Source of the DNA: Lama glama
Taxonomy: Eukaryota
Reading direction: 5' to 3'
DNA length: 64,000 nt
NCBI GenBank assembly: GCA_028534125.1
Contig: CM052817.1
Coordinates: 41,170,001-41,234,000 of the forward strand
Of the stretch, positions 36,628 through 49,070 are shown in pieces. A program made the translations under genes and the position numbers. Positions within the stretch are counted from its first letter, which is position 1. Each line of letters starts with the position of its first letter. The notes beneath the pieces were generated by a model. The model had not been told where the DNA came from. It did no database searches and saw nothing but the letters and a program-made list of their open reading frames with translations.

Positions 36628-39184
36628 TAGGACTTTTTAATTCATACTAATGGCTGAGAAGCCCATGGAGGATAGCAGTGTTTCCACATTTGAACAAGAA
36701 AGTAAACACACACTCATAAAAACAAACACAAAAACCTACAAACTCTAGGAAGAGATTTCACAAAGCTGCTTTTTCCCGTTTATTTGGACAAGTGTCATTT
36801 TGTTCTGAATGTTTATCATTCTCAGTGGGGTACTCGTGGAAATGTCCTAGGAGCCCCCAAAGAGAAATAAGGTTTACAGAGCATGAGCTTTCATTGCTGC
36901 TCTGATACCAAATATTTACTGGGCAGCAGGATGGGTTTTTTCATTTAAATGAGAATTATTTGGTTTGGCCTAGTGAAGCAAGAATTAACTGTTAGCTCCA
37001 TCACTTAACCCACTGCTGTGATGTATCTATCTTTATTAAGGGAACCTAATACAGTCTTGGCAGGTCACTACAACACTATGCATTTGAGGGAATTGGTGAG
37101 AAAGACGACCAGTGATTCTAAAGGAACTGACAGCAGGAATTTGAACAGAATGCAGCAATCTGCATTGAGATATTACCGCCATCCCAGTTAGAGCTTGCAT
37201 TCTGCCTTCTACCTCAATGGTCAATCAGATCTTCATGGACCTTGCAAAGCAATGTTTACAGCACCTTCTAAAATCCCTCTCTGGTGACCCTATTTCCATA
37301 ATGGGGTGCTCTCTCAAGGGAAAGCACAACTCCAGCACTAAGTGTCAAACCCAACTTAGCAATTTCCCTTGGCGGTCTGCCATTCAATTGGGTCGCAGTG
37401 TTGACCCAATTGAGATTATGAAACAGCTTGGGAACACCATACTCCGAGGGGACGTGGTTGCAAAAAGATCAGTTTACACTTACTTGCATTTGACTCATCT
37501 TTTCCAAAAAGTCTTTCTCAAACTAAGGTATATTTAATATCACAATTAAAATATATTCAACACTCAAATGAACAGATTTCTTAGGCAAGGTATTTTTAAT
37601 ATTAGTGTAATTACAGTATTAGAGATAGAAACTCATGAGAAAAAAAGAGTGTGGGAACCAAGAGAAGTAACTGAAGATTAGTTTTTCAAATATAGATTTT
37701 GTTCAATATGCTACTTCATGATAGGCTATTTTATTTTAGTGCTTGCTTGTCAAAGATCTCAATACACTTTACTAAAAATATCCTTTTATTACTGTGTCTC
37801 AGGTTCTGAATTTTATAACTTCAAAAATATGCCTTTTCCCAGTCATAAAAGAGAATCTCTTACTCTTTTTTATAGCAGATCTCTGAAACATTTGGGTAGA
37901 ATAATCTTTTTGTCCCTTTCTATGGATCCTTGTTGCTGTTTCCTAACTTATTATTTCAACAGAGAAAGAAACCCTCGACCACCTAGAATGGATAGGAACA
38001 TGAACGTCTTCCAGCCACAGTCGTTTTATGGGACTTGTTTTCAATTCTGTGTTAGAAACATGGGAAAATAAGCAGGAGATTTTACAGAATCAACTCGTTG
38101 TGTTGCATGTCCTTCCCCAAGTAGAGTTGCCAGTTTATAAAGTGAATCAGTAGCAACTCAGACCCAGTCAGTGCCCAGTACTATTTGGATAGTTATAGAT
38201 TGAGCAATTATTTGGTGAAGCTATGTCTGTAGAACACAAAAATGCTGTGGGAAAACACATCGGTAACTCAGTCCCTCCCGGCCAATTCTGAACAAATGCC
38301 TGTACGTGTTAAGGGAACAGAGCATGTTCCCCTTCTTGTTCCAACTGAGGTTAATTCCACTAATGTGCCTGCAACCTATCAAAACGGATGTCACAGTACA
38401 TTTCCCCCACAGGAAATGGCTTCTGTGGATGAGCACAGGGATCTGGATTGTCACATGCTCGAGAAACCTGGTGGGTTTTACAAATGCGCTGAAGGTATAG
38501 ATGCTAGTTTTAAGGTGTGTGAGTTGTGGGAGACTGTCAATCAAAAATGGAGCTTAACATTTACTGTGACTTTTTATGTTGAGATGCGATTCCTTTTTGT
38601 TGTCTGCTGTAAGCTCAGGAATAGAGTGGAACAAGTTAATTAAAACACCGTTGGCTTAATACTTTTCAGCCACTGATAGTTTCCCATCTGCACCTCTCGG
38701 GAGTGTTCTGTGTTGCTGTGAAGCTCATCTGGAGCCCCTAGAAAGATTCTTTAACAAACACGATAATTTCTTCTGAACTCTTTCTGCCCTCTCTTTTAAA
38801 GATCTGAAGGCAATAACTTTGTGGACTTTTTATTAATACTTAAACCCCTCTCTGATACCGTGAAAAGCCTGGAAGAACATTACATTTTCTAAGCACATAT
38901 CTAGAAAATAGCCTTATCAGCAGGCATCAACTTATCTTTACCTATGCACAGACTTTGAACAGTCTGCCCACCAGCAACCAGCTAGATCCTGAGGAATAAA
39001 TAACAACAAAATCCTTCATAGGTGTTTTTCAGTTATTTTTGGCCCTTGGTGTCCTAGATATAGGAATCTGCGGGAAGAGATTTATTTGTATGTTGAACTC
39101 TGCTCTGGGTGGAATTATTTGAAGAATTATCTCAAAACTGAAATATTTCATTCTAAGAGGAGAATGCAGTCATGGAATGTTCCT

Positions 39185-39610
39185 CTTCCAGACGTCACTC
39201 GCTGGTGGTCCACAGCCCACGTCTAGCCTGCAGACATGCTTTTTGTGGTCTATGTGTTTTTTATTAATTGGCTTTGGAGCCATTTTATGTGAACTGGAAA
39301 TTTCGTATAGAAGTGAGTTTCAGAATTTAAAAAAAAAATCTGTCAATAGTGGGTCTACACTACCCAGAGGTAGGAGCAAAGTAGCAACTGCCTCCTTTGA
39401 ATGGGGCTCCAGCCCTCCTGTAGATGTGGGTGGACCCCCTTATATCAGGCAGAAATCCTCTAGTTGTCGCCTTCAAATGGGACGTGGGTCCTCCAGTCAC
39501 TCCTTTAGGATGGTCATGGGCCTTCTAGTTTACTGCGGTTTTTGGCCAAAATCACAGATCAGATTCCACCATAGGCTTACCAAAGACATTTGCTTCTGTG
39601 ATCACTATTC
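39185..39610. mobile_element. MER102-like hAT-Charlie element
   Basis: ctggtggtccacagcccacgtctagcctgcagacatgctttttgtggtc. Confidence 0.45.
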
Positions 39611-39639
39611 TTGACAAGGTACTTTTTGATATCATAATC

Positions 39640-40292
39640 ATTTTTTTAATTGAAGTATAGTTGATTAACAATATTATGTTAGTTTCTGGTGGACAGCATA
39701 GTGATTTAGTTATATACATATGTATTATTTTTCAAATTCTTTTTCGTTATAGGCTATTGCAAGGTATTGAATATATTTCCCTGTGCTATACTGTAGGACC
39801 TTGTTGTTTATCTATTCTGTATATGGTAGTTTGTATCTGTTAATCCCAGACTCCCAATTTATCCCTCCCCAACCATTCCCCTTTGGTAACTGTTTGTTTT
39901 CAATATCTGTGAGTCTGTTTCTGTTTGTAAATAAATTCGTTTGTGTTTTTTTTGGATTCCACATGTAAGTGATATCATATGGTATTTGTCTTCCTCTGTC
40001 TGACTTACTTCACTTAGTATGATCATCTCTAAGTCCATCCATGTTGTTCCAAATGGCATTATTTCATTATTTTTATGGCTGAGTTGTATTCCTTGTATAC
40101 GTACACCACATCTGCTTTATCCAGTCATCTGTCAGTGGACATTGAGGTTGCTTCCATGTCTTGGCTGTTGTAAATAGTGCTGCTGTGAACATTGGGGTGC
40201 ATGTACCTTTTCAAATTAGAGTTTTCTCTGGTTATATACCCAGGAGTGGGATTGCTGGATCATAAGGCAAATCTATTTTTAGTGTTTAAGGA
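39640..40292 (-). mobile_element. 5'-truncated LINE-1 3' end
   Basis: 13-bp TSD tgatatcataatc (39627-39639, 40293-40305). ORF 39859-40059 MPFGTTWMDLEMIILSEVSQTEEDKYHMISLTCG matches the L1 ORF2p C-terminus. Confidence 0.95.
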
Positions 40293-40384
40293 TGATATCA
40301 TAATCTTTATTAGCGATAACAAGAAAGAAAGTACGATAAGTACTTTTCCGAGTTCCTCAAGTAACTTCCTTTTCAGGAAGATGA

Positions 40385-40570
40385 ACCGTCATTTATTAAG
40401 CACCTACGCTGTCTCATGTGCTCATCACAACAACCCCATCAAGCAGGTATTTTACAGAGAAGGAAAGTGGAGCTTGGAGAGACGGAGTAACTTGCTTAAG
40501 CTCTTAACTGGCAGAACTAAATTGCATTGCTAGACCTGTCTGGTTCCAAAGCTCAGACTCCTCTGCTTAA
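40385..40570 (-). mobile_element. MIR SINE
   Basis: catcacaacaacccc...ttttacagagaaggaaagtggagcttggagagacggagtaacttgc. Confidence 0.75.
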
Positions 40571-41384
40571 ACCTCCCAAAGACTTCAGATGACTCCATAC
40601 AAAATCTCACCCTCTTACCACATCCCTGTTGAGACTAAGGAATTGGGTCAGTGAGGTGGAAGAGGGAAAGGGAAATTCTAAACGTATTTTTCTCAGTTGC
40701 TACGTAATCATTTCCTTCTTAGAACTGCAATAAAATTTCCTATTTTGGTTTTTGTAATTCCCCAGGACAAGCAATGAAACTTTCGTGTGGCTCCTGCAGG
40801 CCACAGGAAAGTTGGCATCCACGTGCCTTTTATTTTTTCACTGGCTGGGTATTCTCATCTCTCAATTGCTGCACAGCTGTACGGAGCTCAAACTGTAATG
40901 AAAGTGGTTTAATGCCAACTGTACATATATAATGGTCTTTGATTTCCCCCTAGGCTTTGAAAATCTCTAATTATCTGCCTGTAGGCTTGGAATTTCTTTG
41001 CCAAGTCTATCTTCATTTTCGGAAGTGTCTCCAAGGCACTACTTTTAGAGGAATTTCTTCAGACGAGAAAACTGGCCTCAAGCCCTCAGGTGGGGGAGGT
41101 CAGTGCAGGCGATAAAGTTGGCTTGAAAAGTGACTGTGAGGAAGCTCCTTAAGAAACAACAATCTGGGCCCATTCTGTTAAAAAAAAAAAAAAGAGTTGT
41201 AGAAGTGGGAGTCAGGGAAGAACACTGTATAGCCTGAATTGGGCGAAATAACAATTGAGTTGAGCTGATTCCCTGCGTGGAGGGGAAGTCTTCCCTCTGC
41301 CCTGTGTAGCTGCAGGTCCCGACTTGTGCCCCAACACACTTCCACAACCTCCTCCACACCTTCATCCACTCCGTTATTCATTCA

Positions 41385-41620
41385 GGCCATCTCTGGGCAC
41401 CTGTATGAAATGACACCTCCATCCCGCTCAAGCCCCTTGCCCTCCTTCATTCTTTCCTTTTCACACTTACCATTGCCGCATTATATTATATATTCAACTG
41501 TTTTACATACTGTTTATCTCTCTCAGCTAAGCGTAAGCTCTGTGAGCACAAAGACCTGTTCTGTTTTGTTCATTACTATACCTCTAGCATTACCCACAGT
41601 AGGAACTCGATAAATATAAG
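41385..41620 (+). mobile_element. L2 3' end
   Basis: gtaagctctgtgagcacaaagacctgttctgttttgttcatt...agtaggaactcgataaata. Confidence 0.7.
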
Positions 41621-41800
41621 TTATTCCCACCACTGTGTACTTAGGATCTGAAAATGAATAGGACATGATTTCCACCTCCAAAGCATTCATAGACTTTTTG
41701 GAGAGATGGATAGAAACATAAATGCAACTCATACTATGAGAACTTAACTTGTATTCATGACTGTAGCAAAAGTGATTTACATGATTATCTGCTGGCAAGG

Positions 41801-42347
41801 TGGGATGGTTAGTTGTATGTGTCAACCTGACTGGGCTGTGGAGTCTGCAGATATTTGGTTGAATATTATTCTGGGTGTGCGTGTGATGGTGTTCCTGGAT
41901 CAGGTGAACATCCGAATCAGTAGACTGAATAAAGGAAATTGTCTTCTCTGATGTGGGTTGGCCTCATCCAGTCAGTTGAAGGCCTAAAACAGAATAAAGT
42001 CACTGACACTACCACCACCATCACCATCCTCCCCACACCCACCCCCAGGAGTAAGCGGGAACTTCTCCTGCCTGAGCACTTTGACATTGGTCTTGTCTGT
42101 TCTTTGGACTCAGACTGAACCATCTGCTCTTCTTGGATCTCAAGCTTGCCAGCTTTCAGACTGGAACTTACACTGTCAGCTCTCAGGACTTTAGATTCCA
42201 GCTGGAAGTACACTTTGGCTCTCCTGAGTTCCCAGCTTGCCAACTGTAGGCCTTGGGACTTCTCAAACTCTATAATCATGTGAGCCAATTCCTTTTAATA
42301 AATATATCTCTCCTATTGGTTCTGTTTCTGTGGAGAACACTAACACA
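41801..42347 (+). mobile_element. ERVL solo LTR (MLT2-like)
   Basis: Starts tgggatggttagttgtatgtgtcaacctgactgggc. Has AATAAA and ends cctattggttctgtttctgtggagaacactaacaca. Confidence 0.9.
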
Positions 42348-42375
42348 TTGGACCAGGCATACAAACTTTCGAAAG

Positions 42376-42825
42376 TGTCATGCCCTGCTTCTCCTGGAAG
42401 CAGATGCCAAATGGACTTAAATGTGCAAGAGGTTTACTGAGAGGAGTGCCTGTGAAGGATAAGGGATAAAATGGGAAGGAGCAGGAGTGGGCGAGGGGAG
42501 CCATCAGCCTACAATACAGGTCTGAGACCTATGACAGGAAAGAGGGAAGGAAGGATTGAGTAGGAAGAGTTTCAGACCACAGCACAGTTCTGAGAAACTT
42601 CTGGTTATCCTGATGGAGATCCCCAAGCCAAAAGTGCCCATTTGAGGAATCCCCCCTTAAAACAGGAATGACCCAACTCTAGTTCCCTCACTGGGCTCTG
42701 TTGCTGGCTGCGAGCAGCCCTGGGGAAGTGTGGCCTCAGCGTGAACACTGCAGTGGATCCAAAACATGGCAGCTGGAAGCTGTCAATCAGCTACACTCCA
42801 CGCCAGGTTCTCTAATCAGGATACC
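42376..42825 (-). mobile_element. ERVL solo LTR (LTR16-like)
   Basis: tgtca...ggaagcagatgcc...gtgcaagaggtttactgagaggagtgcctgtga...gagcagccctggggaagtgtggcctcagcgtgaa. Confidence 0.8.
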
Positions 42826-42930
42826 TTCATGACCTGTTCTTCTGGAGTGCCCTTCTGCTTTAAAAAGCCCACTGGCTTTCACAAGTTTTGGTAGTCATAA
42901 AATCTCTATGTGGAAGGGACAATAAGTTGA

Positions 42931-43395
42931 TTTCTTTTTTCGTTGAAGTATAGCTGATTTACAATGTTGTGTTAGTTTCAGGTGTATAGCAAAGTGATTC
43001 AGTTGTATATGTACATACATACATATTCTTTTTCAGATTATTTTCCATTATAGATTATTATAAGACATTGAATGTAGTTCCTTCTGCAACATAGTAGGTC
43101 CTTGTTGTTTATCTATTTTATATATAGTAGTATGTATATGTTAATCCCAAACTCTTAATATATCCTCTCTACTCCCTTCTCCTTTGGTAACCATAGTTTG
43201 TTTTCTATGTCTGAGTCTATTTCTGGTTTATAAATAAGTTCATTCATGTCATTTTTTTTTTAGGTTCCACATACAAATATATGATGTTTGTCTTTTTCTC
43301 TCTGACTTACTTCATTTAGTACGATAATCTCTAGGCCTATCCATGTTGCTGCAAATGGCATTATTTCATTCTTTTTTATGACTTAGTAGTATTCT

Positions 43396-43435
<40 letters not shown>

Positions 43436-43736
43436 TATACATACACATACACACTACATCTTCTTTATCCATTCATATGCTGATAGACACTTAGGTTTCT
43501 TCCATGTCTTGGCTATTGCAAATAGTGCTGCTATGAATATGTGGTGCATGTATTTTTTCAAGTTAGAATTTTCTCCAGACATATGACCAGGAGTGAGATT
43601 GCTGGATCATATGTGAGAGGTGTGGAGAAAAAGGAACTTTCCTGCACTGTTGGTGGGAATGTAAATTGGTGCAGACAGTATGGAGAACAGCATGGAGGTT
43701 CCCTTAAAAACTAAACATAGAGTTACCACATGATCC
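42931..43736 (-). mobile_element. LINE-1 with 5' inversion (twin priming)
   Basis: Antisense 3' part 42931-43613 joined to a sense piece 43614-43736. Degenerate TSD agggacaataagtt (42915-42928) / agggataatatgtt (43737-43750). Confidence 0.9.
43398..43433 (+). repeat. (TG)n microsatellite inside L1
   Basis: About 17-18 TG units. Confidence 0.95.
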
Positions 43737-44414
43737 AGGGATAATATGTTTATAAGGGGAGATCGTAGGGGCTTATCTTAGACCACATGGTCTTACTCAG
43801 ATTGTTTATTTACCAAAGCCATTCTTAGAGCCATCCTTGCCTACAAACAAGAGTGGGATAGACTGAGGAAGGATGGTGGTGGGAATCAAGGGGGAGGGGG
43901 CCTAGAAGCTGGACTACCTCTCCACTCTGATGAGGTCAGCGGCATGGAAACAGCAGGCACTTACCATTCTAAGTGATGGGAGGAGGATCTGGTTTTTGAA
44001 ACCAGTAATAATCAAACCATGGAGCAGCTTTGGTGCCCACACTCTACTTGACACACCTCTGGCTAAGACTTTGAGGCTCTGGATACATTTCAGTAGAGCT
44101 GGGAGGAATGTGGCAGAGATCAGCTTTCCTGAGCTGGAGCAGAAAATCTCCAGTGAGTGGGCAGGAGAAGATAGTAGGCCACCTGTTCTTCTGGCAAACC
44201 GAATAGTGCTTGTTCTGTTAAATGATTAAAAATCAAGTTCTTTCCTTTGTTTCTCCTTTAGGATCAGAATTTATTAACAATTTAAAAGATTTGTGTGGGC
44301 TGGGCGTTCCCCCGTAAATATTTTCCTTCCTTAATGTATTTCCCCACCTCTACAGATTAAGAGAACTGCCACTTAAAGCTTATAAAAAACAACCTTGTCA
44401 ATTAATTCTGATGG

Positions 44415-44595
44415 AATCACAGTGATAAAACATTAGTGCTACACAGGAGCTTGGAGATTTTTTATTGTTACATAGAGGGAAATTGAAGCCCAGAGAAATA
44501 AGTGATTGCCCAAGGTCACTGGGCTGACTAACAGCAGAAAGAAGGCTGGAACCCAGGGCTTTAGTTTTTAAGCCAGAGCTCTGCTCACCACAGCA
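44415..44595 (-). mobile_element. MIR SINE
   Basis: gagggaaattgaagcccagagaaataagtgattgcccaaggtcac. Confidence 0.8.
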
Positions 44596-44747
44596 GGCTA
44601 GCTTTCTTCTCTGCTTGTACCCTACTTTTTATTTTAAGTTCTTTAAGTCAAATACATATGTGGTTAGCTAAAGATTTTTCATAACCCTTTCTCTAGGAAA
44701 TCACTTTTTTCCTCTGGCTGAGAGTTTTGCTACCTAACTTAATTTTA

Positions 44748-44786
44748 GAAATAAACAAACAAACAAATAAACAAACAAACAAAAAC
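44748..44786 (+). repeat. (AAAC)n microsatellite
   Basis: Interrupted AAAC/AAAT run. Confidence 0.85.
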
Positions 44787-45184
44787 AGTGCTGGGCTGCA
44801 GGAGCCTGTGCAAAGGCCATTGCCTTGAAAATTGACAATGGCCAGAGCCTAATATAAACCCTGTGAAGGGAAAAGGAGGTCCCCAAGTCCCCCAGCTCTG
44901 TACCTGGTAGAGCTCACCCTTGTTCACTGCTGTGTAAGATCCCACAGCTGCTAGTCTGTATACTTTGAAACCTCTCTGAGCTGCAAGAAACCTTGACAAT
45001 TATCTGTGAGGAAACAGAGCCCCAGGAAAAGCAAGTTAGGACTGGAACCTACACTTTCTGACTCTAAGCCAGATGACTGTCTACAGTGAAATACTTCAAA
45101 GAATCCAAAGATGAGGGTTTTAATTTAAGACAAGCAAGGACCAATTAGGAAGTCGTGTCCAAAGTGAGGGCACATCGGCAATGA

Positions 45185-45390
45185 GAAGCACTACTGAGTC
45201 CTTCTGATGTTCCAGGCACTGTTCTGAGCGCTTTACGTGGATGGAGTACTCCTTTAATCTTTACAAAAACTATGAGGTAGATAATATCATTTGTTGTTCA
45301 GAGTTTATACAACACTGAAAGAGACAGAGCTGGTATCTGAACTCGAGCAGTCTGGCTCAAGAGCTCACACTCAATCAGTAGGCTCTGTCG
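45185..45390 (-). mobile_element. MIR SINE
   Basis: ccaggcactgttctgagcgctttacgtgg...tttaatctttacaaaaactatgaggtag...cagagctggtatctgaactc. Confidence 0.75.
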
Positions 45391-45529
45391 CTTTTCATAA
45401 TCCAACACCTTTAATCTGATAGTCCTCTGACAAGTTCCCTTGTCCCCCCCCCACCCCCACCAACTAGTAAAGTCTGCCTAATGCTTCACGCCGAGGCTTC
45501 AGCCATCTGTTATTTTCACCTGCATTGCC

Positions 45530-45900
45530 ACATTCATTTATTTATTCAAAAAATATATATCGAGCATCTGTGAACACGACATGGTACAAAGCAGTAGGCA
45601 GGAAGTGGTTACAAAGATGCATCAGAAGTAGATGATGGGTCCTGTTCTCAGAAACCTAGTCAGGATATGTATGACTATAATGCATGGAATAAAGTGATAA
45701 ATCACCGGCACCTATGAACCTACTGTTAATTGCTACAGGGAAGTAATCGAGAGATTTCTTCTGAGGAGGGAGGCCTAGCAAAGGATGGGAGAGGGGTATT
45801 TAGTTTGGCCTTTGAAGGAGGCGTTGGGTATGAAGATGTGAAGGTGGAGAGAAGGGAATGGGATGCAGGAAGACAGGGCTGGGGGGACGCGGCTGGGGGT
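45530..45900 (-). mobile_element. L2 3' region
   Basis: cattcatttatttattcaaaaaatatatatcgagcatc...ttctgaggagg...tttagtttggcctttgaagga. Confidence 0.65.
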
Positions 45901-46062
45901 AGGGGGGCAGCAGGGTTCAAGGTGCACATTCAGTAGGGGCCTCAGTAGAGTCTGTGCTCCATCTCAGCAATGGATATAGTGGCAAGAGTAAAGAGGACCT
46001 CGTCACCCTATTTTAAGCTGCTGTTCCATTAATACCAGACTTCTCATTTATCCCTCCTCCAC

Positions 46063-46165
46063 TACTGTACATGAAATAGATAAACAACAAGGACCTACTG
46101 TACAGCACAGAGAACTATATTCAATATCTTGTAATAACCTATAATGGAAACGAATGTGAAAAAGA

Positions 46166-46196
<31 letters not shown>

Positions 46197-46266
46197 TTTG
46201 CTGTAAACTTGAAACTAATGCAACATTGTAAATCAGCTATACTCCCACCCCCCCACCCCCAAAAAA
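46063..46266 (+). mobile_element. L1 3'UTR end with internal (TA)n
   Basis: aaacaacaaggacctactgtacagcacagagaactatattcaatatcttgtaataacctataatgg...aacattgtaaatcagctatact. Confidence 0.9.
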
Positions 46267-46584
46267 GCCCTGGTGTTCTAGTACTGGATCACACTGCCTA
46301 CAGTGACTAGGAGTGAATATTTTTAAAACATCTATAATTATCCTTGAATGACACAATTATATTACATTGTGTTTGATCAATATTAAAAGCACTAATTTGA
46401 TAAACATTATTTTCTAAAACTTATCAAACATTTAAAAATCCTGTTTTGGCTTTTTCTTCATTTTTAAAAAAATATACCAGCATCTTCAAAAAATGAGTGC
46501 AGGTTTTTTGTCTTGCAATGTCCAGCAGGCTCTCCAGTAAAGCATGGTGGAAAGAAAGTTCAATAATTTTGGCTGGGAAGATTG

Positions 46585-46715
46585 TTTTCATTCATTCATT
46601 CAACAAAAATTTAATGAACACATACTATAAACAAGCTATTATTCTAAGTACTGGGGATGAAGCAGTGAACAAGAGGCACAAATTTCTGCCCCCATGGAGT
46701 CTGCATTCAGCTGAA
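46585..46715 (-). mobile_element. L2 3' end
   Basis: ttcattcattcattcaacaaaaatttaatgaaca...gcagtgaacaagaggcacaaatttctgcccccatggag. Confidence 0.8.
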
Positions 46716-46879
46716 TACACAGAGAGAAATAGTGAGAACCAAAAAGCTAGGGTGCACATTTATGGGGGAAGTGAACTTTGACTGTCAAGCTGACTAATCT
46801 CATTTCTCTTCTGAAGACTGTGGGTAGTCATTGAAGGTCTTCCACAGGAAGATAGAGTGAGAGGTGTGCAGCCCAGTCT

Positions 46880-47130
46880 CCAGTGGCAGTAAGGAGGTTT
46901 AGCCCAGAAGTATGCAGACTGGGCCTTGGCACCAGATGACCATAGCTTTGAAATCTTGCCTGACACTGACAGTGGTGAAGCTTTGGGGAGATTGTTTAAC
47001 CTCGCTGAGCTTCAACTGCCCCATCTAGAGAAGCAAAATATAATCCCTAACTTGCAAGATTAAATAATGTGATAAATACAATGCCCAGAACACAGACTAA
47101 GCTCTCAATAGCTTTCTGTTGTGATTATTA
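46880..47130 (+). mobile_element. MIR SINE
   Basis: ttgtttaacctcgctgagcttcaactgccccatctag. Confidence 0.65.
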
Positions 47131-47249
47131 TGGTGACATGGAAGATTAATCGGCTTGGGGTATGCATTTGAAATAACTGCAAGGCATCCAAAGGGAGGTG
47201 TTAGGTGGACTATCAGAAAGATGGGAGCCTTACACGAGCCCCTAAATTA

Positions 47250-47475
47250 ATAATAACAACGTATTCACGTCTATTTTGTAAGCATCTACTGTGCTAAGCA
47301 TTTGACAAGCTCCAGCTCGATTAGTTCTCCTGGCCAGCCTCTAAGGAAGATTTGGTTGCCATCATTATTTTAAAATGAAGAAACAGGTTTCATCTCTAAA
47401 CTTAGTCCAGCCTACACAGTCGATAAGAAACAGAACTTGAATTCAGGTCCCCTTGACTTAAACACCCATGCCTTT
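47250..47475 (-). mobile_element. MIR SINE
   Basis: agcatctactgtgctaagcattt...tattttaaaatgaagaaacagg...cagaacttgaattcaggtc. Confidence 0.65.
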
Positions 47476-47834
47476 AAACATTCAAAAAAAAAAATAAGTT
47501 TCAAGTGGTAAACGCAGAAGTGGTACTTCATTTAGTTTAAGAACGGTTCCTCCCTGCCTACCCACCCACCCTCAGACACCTCCCACACCCTCCATGAGGC
47601 TGGCCCTGTTTCTCTTGCCGTGTTTGGTAAGGGAACCACTCTGCCCATCTGGACAACACCTTTTGTGGGCTGGAGCAGATTTTGCGGTTCCAGGCAGATG
47701 TCTACTCCCAATCAGAGACAGCTCTCTTGGCTCTGGAAAGGTAGTCACTGTCTTTCCAGGTTTTCTTTCCTTTCTCTGGTCATTTTGATCAAGCTTCCTG
47801 GGGCTGGGAGCCAATGCCGTGTAAATACACCAAT

Positions 47835-47955
47835 CCGAGAAGTCAAGACCAGGTTCAGTGTGGGCCTCCACCATTTACTACCTGCGTGATTTGGGGAAAG
47901 TCCTTTATCCTTTTTGAGCCTGTCTCTCTCCCTCATTTTCAAATCAGATAACAAT
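47835..47955 (+). mobile_element. MIR SINE
   Basis: gaagtcaagaccaggttcag...ccaccatttactacctgcgtgatttgggg. Confidence 0.7.
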
Positions 47956-48739
47956 CCCAGGCTCAGATCAAACAACAGAGAAAATAAAGTGGTTTGCAGG
48001 AGGAAATGCTACGTAAATAGTGGCCGACAGTGGCCAGGTGGAGGAGGGGGGGCAAATCTAGGCTCTTAGCCCCCAGAAGATGTCAAAGTCTTGAGCCACA
48101 GAATGCTCCCAAGGGAAACATCCTACCCGACCCTTTGCTTAGACTACCTTGAACTTATGTAAAACCTATTTCAACTCTTCTTTTGTTTCCCAAGTGCAGC
48201 TATGTTGAGTCATTTTTCACTCAAGAAAAAGTGTCACATTCACAATTCTGCCCCTTCTGTAGTGATGTTAATTTTAGCATTACCTGTTCAGATTGCAGGT
48301 TTCTAATCCAAAAAACAAGCCCTACTTAGGACAGAATGGAGGCAGCCCTCTGACTCACTTAACAGTTTAATATCAAGCTTTTGCCATTTCTCAGTGAACA
48401 GATTCTGGCAACAAAGTCTACTGTAGTGTTCTTTCCTAATAATTTTCCGTATGAAGATCTGACAACTTGGCTTCCAAAGATCCATGGTGTAGAGATGACA
48501 TTTCCCAGCCAGTGTAGGGAAGAATTTGATCTGATCAGAAGAAAACAAGATGCAAATTGTTCTGTGTGTAAATCAGGGGAGCTTGACCTTGCTTCTTATT
48601 CTGAGTCAATCCCTTGAAAACACTAACTGCTCCCGGAGAAAAGAGACCTGTCTTTTCATGAACCTCCACTCCTCACTTACACTGTCTCACAAGCAGGCAT
48701 TTTCTTGTTCTTCTTTCCTTTTCCTTGGATGTACAATCT

Positions 48740-49070
48740 GGCCTGTCGAAGGAGACACCAAAATGCCAGAGCAGTCGAGCGCGTAATCGGCATTTACTCT
48801 GGGCTCTGCCACGTTTCTAGCCAGAAGGACGGCAGAGTTGAATGAGTGGGGACTCGAGCGTGCGGCTTTGTTCAGCGAGCCTGCCAAACATTACTATTCC
48901 AGCCCTTAAGCCTGTGCCAGACTGTTAATGTCTTAATGCTTATTCAAGTGTCAGGGAGTGCTGGCAGATGTCAGGGAGAATGGGAGGCTGTCAATAAGGA
49001 AATTACTTACATTCACAGGGTGATTGCTGCAGTCTGTCAGGTAGCGTTTGAGAGGATGTCAAGCTGAAAA
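48740..49070. promoter_or_regulatory. Candidate developmental enhancer (CpG-retaining, TGTCA cluster)
   Basis: About ten CpGs in 48745-48880. Five same-strand TGTCA at 48949, 48969, 48989, 49035, 49057. TTAATG twice. No repeat recognised. Confidence 0.4.

Noticed and set aside
38313..38331. GGGAACA-N5-TGTTCCC palindrome resembling a steroid-receptor element
   Set aside because: Spacer is 5 rather than 3 bp, and it contains only one p53-type half-site.
38242..38643. 133-aa ATG ORF in unique sequence
   Set aside because: No recognisable protein family and no clear splice context. It cannot be supported without a conservation test.
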